From positions 4,697-68,696 of the forward strand of contig JAZOQU010000040.1 of NCBI GenBank assembly GCA_045656225.1: a DNA stretch of 64,000 bases, read 5' to 3'. Position 1 is the first letter of the stretch. Every line of letters starts with the position of its first letter. The translations under genes and the position numbers were made by a program. A model generated the notes under the pieces. The model was not told where the DNA came from, did no database searches, and worked only from the letters and a program-made list of their open reading frames with translations. This document shows positions 61,045 through 64,000 of the stretch, in pieces. This DNA comes from Kiritimatiellia bacterium. GTDB lineage: Bacteria; Verrucomicrobiota; Kiritimatiellia; RFP12; UBA1067.

Positions 61045-62493
61045 ATGGCGAAGAAATGCTGCAAGGGTAAGGGCGCATGTACGTGCGACACCGAGTTCGT
61101 AGCGCCTATGAGCGTGTTGTGGGAGCTTTACGGCGGTATCGGCGAGAAGGCCGACATCGTTGCCGTCGCGTGGGAGCGCGAGGACGGCAAGGTCTACCGC
61201 TACGATCTTCCGATCCCGTCGAATCTTAGCGCCGCCGCCGCCAAGGAGGTCTCCTATGTCGTCGAGCGTATTGCTAAGTTCATCGTCTGGTCCGCCGGCG
61301 GCTGGAAGCTTTATCTCGCCGGTCCCGACGCTGTCGTAAAACCCGTCGCAAAGGCCTACACGAAGAAGGGCGCGCGCGCGTTCGATTACGATTTCTTCAC
61401 TTCCATCTACGGTCGTCCCGTCGAGGCGGTTATTCTCCCTCTCAACAAGATGCCCGAGATGAACGAGACTCCCGCTCTCGTCAAGACGGTTGCCGACGGC
61501 TGCCGCATCGGTTTCGACCTTGGCGCCTCCGATTTCAAGATTTCCGCTCTTAATAAGGGTAAGGTCGTATTTTCCGAGGAGTTCCCGTGGGATCCCCGCA
61601 ACAATGCGGATCCCGAATATCACTATCAGAAGCTTACAGAAGGTCTTAAGGCCGCCGCCGCCGCTCTTCCGCGCGTCGACGCCATCGGCGGCTCGACGGC
61701 CGGTACGCTCGTCGGTCAGAAGATGGGTATCGCTTCCTTGTTCCGCGCCGTTAAGGAGAAGAATCCTTCGAAGTTCGAAACAGCTCAGAATATGTTCTTC
61801 CGCATCGAGAAGGATTGGGGCGTTCCGTTCGCGATCTACAACGACGGCGACGTTACCGCTCTCGCCGGCATGATCACCATGAACAAGAAGGGTATTCTCG
61901 GTGTTGCGATGGGCTCTTCCGAGGCTGTCGGCTATGTCGATCCCAAGGGCCGCATGACGGGCCGCATTTCCGAGCTCGCGTTCGCTCCCGTCGATTTCAA
62001 TCCCAACGCTCCCAAGTGCGAGTGGTCGGGCGATGCGGGCGTAGGCGCGATGGCGTTTTCGCAGCAGGCCGTCAACTGGCTCGCCGAGAAGTACGGCTTT
62101 AAGTTCCCGAAGACGATGGCTCTTCCCGAGCGTCTAAAGGTCGTTCAGGCCGCGATGGAGAAGGGAGACGATAAGGCTCTCAAGGTCTACATCCAGATCG
62201 GCCGCTTCCTTGCTCATGCGATTCCGTGGTACAACGAGTTCTACGATTACGAGAATATGATGATTCTCGGTCGCGTAACCTCCGGTCTCGGCGGCGAGGT
62301 TATTCTCGAGACGGCCAAGACTATGCTCAAGGACGTTTATCCCGAATGGGCCGAGAAGATCGACATCTTCATGCCCGACGAGAAGGCCCGCCGTCTCGGC
62401 CAGTCCGTCGCCGCGGCTCAGATTCCCGTCATCGCGAAGGGCAAGTGCGCGGCTAAGTCCGCCTGCTGCAAGGCAAAGGGGAAGATGAAATAA
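61045..62493 (+). CDS. ASKHA/ROK-like sugar kinase homologue with Cys/Lys-rich termini
   Basis: IGFDLGASDFKISAL, AIGGSTAGT, IYNDGDVTALAG; termini MAKKCCKGKGACTCD and KGKCAAKSACCKAKGKMK. Confidence 0.45.
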   Translation: MAKKCCKGKGACTCDTEFVAPMSVLWELYGGIGEKADIVAVAWEREDGKVYRYDLPIPSNLSAAAAKEVSYVVERIAKFIVWSAGGWKLYLAGPDAVVKPVAKAYTKKGARAFDYDFFTSIYGRPVEAVILPLNKMPEMNETPALVKTVADGCRIGFDLGASDFKISALNKGKVVFSEEFPWDPRNNADPEYHYQKLTEGLKAAAAALPRVDAIGGSTAGTLVGQKMGIASLFRAVKEKNPSKFETAQNMFFRIEKDWGVPFAIYNDGDVTALAGMITMNKKGILGVAMGSSEAVGYVDPKGRMTGRISELAFAPVDFNPNAPKCEWSGDAGVGAMAFSQQAVNWLAEKYGFKFPKTMALPERLKVVQAAMEKGDDKALKVYIQIGRFLAHAIPWYNEFYDYENMMILGRVTSGLGGEVILETAKTMLKDVYPEWAEKIDIFMPDEKARRLGQSVAAAQIPVIAKGKCAAKSACCKAKGKMK

Positions 62494-62518
62494 TTTCTGC
62501 GGAGGGATTACCTCCTAA

Positions 62519-63583
62519 ATGGAAAGAGGAGTTTTTACCGCAGAAGAAATCGACTCCATATTAGAGTCGATGGAAATAACCGGCCGTACCGCGATTACGC
62601 GGTACGGTTCGGGTCATATTAACGACACGTTTAAAGTCGACACGCGCTCAGGCGAAAGCTATATTCTGCAGCGTGTCAACACGACGATCTTCGATCCGCC
62701 GTCCCAGGAACTTTTAAAGCGCGTTCTCTTGAGGGTAACGTCGTTCTTGAAATCAAAGGGCGTGACGACGATTGATTTCATCGGATACAATGCGCCGTGG
62801 CGTCTTTACAGATTTTACGGCGGATGTACTGTAAACGAAGTCGTTTCCTCTCCTCGTCAGGCCTACGATATCGGCAGGGCTTTCGCTAAATTTCATGATG
62901 ATCTTTCGGATTTTCCGGCTCCGCGCTTAGAAGAGGTCCTGCCGAAATTTCATGATACGCCCGATCGCATCAAGGCCCTCGATGAGGCCGTGCGGAACGA
63001 TGCCGCAGGTCGCGCATCTTCCGTCGCGCGCGAGCTTGAATTTGTAGAGAAGCGTCGCCTTGAGGCGGGGCGCATAGTTTCACTTATGGCCGATGGCGTT
63101 ATACCCGAGCGCGTCATCCACAACGACAGCAAGATAAACAACGTTCTGGTAATGCCCGACGGTTCGGCTGTGATAATCGATCTCGATACCGTTATGCCCG
63201 GCAGCGCCTTGAGCGACTTCGGCGACATGGTAAGAACTTCGACGGCTGCCGCGGTGGAGGATGAGGCTGACCTTGCGAAGGTCTATTCGAAGAGTGAGTT
63301 TTTCGAGGCGCTTGCCCGCGGATATATCGAACGGGCAGAGTTTTTGACGCGCGCCGAAATCGACAATCTCGTTTTCGCGGGCCGGCTTTCCACTTTCGAG
63401 GTCGGCGTAAGGTTTTTGACCGACTATCTCAACGGAGATACTTATTTCCATACCGCCTATCCCGATCACAATCTGGTCAGGGCGCGCAACCAGTTCAAGA
63501 TGGTCGAGTCTCTCGAGGAGAATTCCGAGGCTTACGGAAAAATCGTGAGCGAACTTTCCTCTCGCGTGCCGCATATAAAATAA
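62519..63583 (+). CDS. APH-fold kinase, N-acetylhexosamine-1-kinase (NahK)-like
   Basis: GSGHINDTFKV, ILQRVN, VIHNDSKINNVL, IIDLDTVMPG. Confidence 0.55.
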   Translation: MERGVFTAEEIDSILESMEITGRTAITRYGSGHINDTFKVDTRSGESYILQRVNTTIFDPPSQELLKRVLLRVTSFLKSKGVTTIDFIGYNAPWRLYRFYGGCTVNEVVSSPRQAYDIGRAFAKFHDDLSDFPAPRLEEVLPKFHDTPDRIKALDEAVRNDAAGRASSVARELEFVEKRRLEAGRIVSLMADGVIPERVIHNDSKINNVLVMPDGSAVIIDLDTVMPGSALSDFGDMVRTSTAAAVEDEADLAKVYSKSEFFEALARGYIERAEFLTRAEIDNLVFAGRLSTFEVGVRFLTDYLNGDTYFHTAYPDHNLVRARNQFKMVESLEENSEAYGKIVSELSSRVPHIK

Positions 63584-63608
63584 TAATGGAATTTACGGAG
63601 AAACAAAA

Positions 63609-64000
63609 ATGAAAATAAAAAGAATATTGACTGTTTTGATTTGTGCGTTTGCGGCAACGGCGCTGTTCGCTTCAGAAAGGGAGATTCCGCCGTATCCGAA
63701 TTTCGGCTGGCCACGCGTTGTTGAGATGATGTTTCTTGTACTTCAGATCGGCGTCATAATTTTTGCGGCGCGTCTCGGCGGCGCGATAGCGTCCTTGCTT
63801 AAGATGCCGTCGATTCTTGGAGAACTTGTAGCCGGTATAGTAATAGGCCCATGGGCGTTGGGCGGTATTGGCTTCGGAGAGAGTTGGCTTCTTCATGACG
63901 GAAAACCTTTATTTGCGGACGGGCTGTTCAACGGTGCCGGACTTAAGGCTATTACCGCAAAAGGAGGTGTTATAGATGCAACCAGCCCGGCTCTCTACGG
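63609..64000 (+). CDS. Cation:proton antiporter (CPA2-type), N-terminal fragment running off the window
   Basis: Hand-translated open frame from ATG 63609: signal-like start, then PSILGELVAGIVIGPWALGG. Confidence 0.65.
   Translation, partial: MKIKRILTVLICAFAATALFASEREIPPYPNFGWPRVVEMMFLVLQIGVIIFAARLGGAIASLLKMPSILGELVAGIVIGPWALGGIGFGESWLLHDGKPLFADGLFNGAGLKAITAKGGVIDATSPALY

Overview
This is a 64-kb chromosomal window from a GC-rich diderm bacterium (LptF/G-type permease, beta-barrel OMP). I cannot place it taxonomically from sequence alone. It falls into three parts.

(1) nt 1-18,000 holds GC-rich housekeeping genes, and all but the first lie on the minus strand. They are an SNF2 helicase fragment, a Tat metallophosphoesterase, an RluA-type synthase, an LptF/G-type permease, pyrD-pyrK, galE, serS, a D-aminoacylase, YihY, a ferredoxin with a Cys/His-rich permease, an SDR and an MFS transporter.

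(2) nt 18,000-50,980 is visibly lower in GC, and almost everything is on the plus strand. It opens with the origin gene set mnmG-dnaA-dnaN, which has AT-rich intergenic regions carrying TTATCAACA boxes and three perfect parS palindromes inside mnmG. It then runs into an accessory island containing:
- a THUMP methyltransferase, a coiled-coil protein and a 1166-aa secreted protein;
- a split hipB-hipS-hipT module, a DUF5060/DUF4038 (GH140-like) gene, a canonical hipB-hipA module bracketed by ~100-bp direct repeats, and a truncated third hip module;
- three mosaic paralogous 950-1160-aa secreted surface proteins, two of them behind a conserved structured leader with poly-C tracts of different length (C13 vs C10), plus orphan 3' ends of further family members;
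- a COG1373-type AAA ATPase, an MNT/HepT pair and a PA14 protein;
- about 600 bp of non-coding DNA at the right edge, with a long hairpin, ACAGGTG repeats and six tightly packed TTATCAACA (DnaA-box-like) sites.

(3) nt 50,985-64,000 holds GC-rich housekeeping and carbohydrate genes on the plus strand. They are an HTH-zinc-ribbon regulator, an ACT+UPF0210 pair, a lactonase, a class-A acid phosphatase, a GH35-SGNH fusion, an acyl-ACP thioesterase, thiN, maf, murI, a pncC-like gene, ROK-like and NahK-like kinases, and a CPA2 antiporter fragment.

I recognised no rRNA, tRNA, CRISPR array, transposase or integrase. All functional calls come from motif recognition by eye. No database search or numerical computation (GC, skew, folding energy) could be run.
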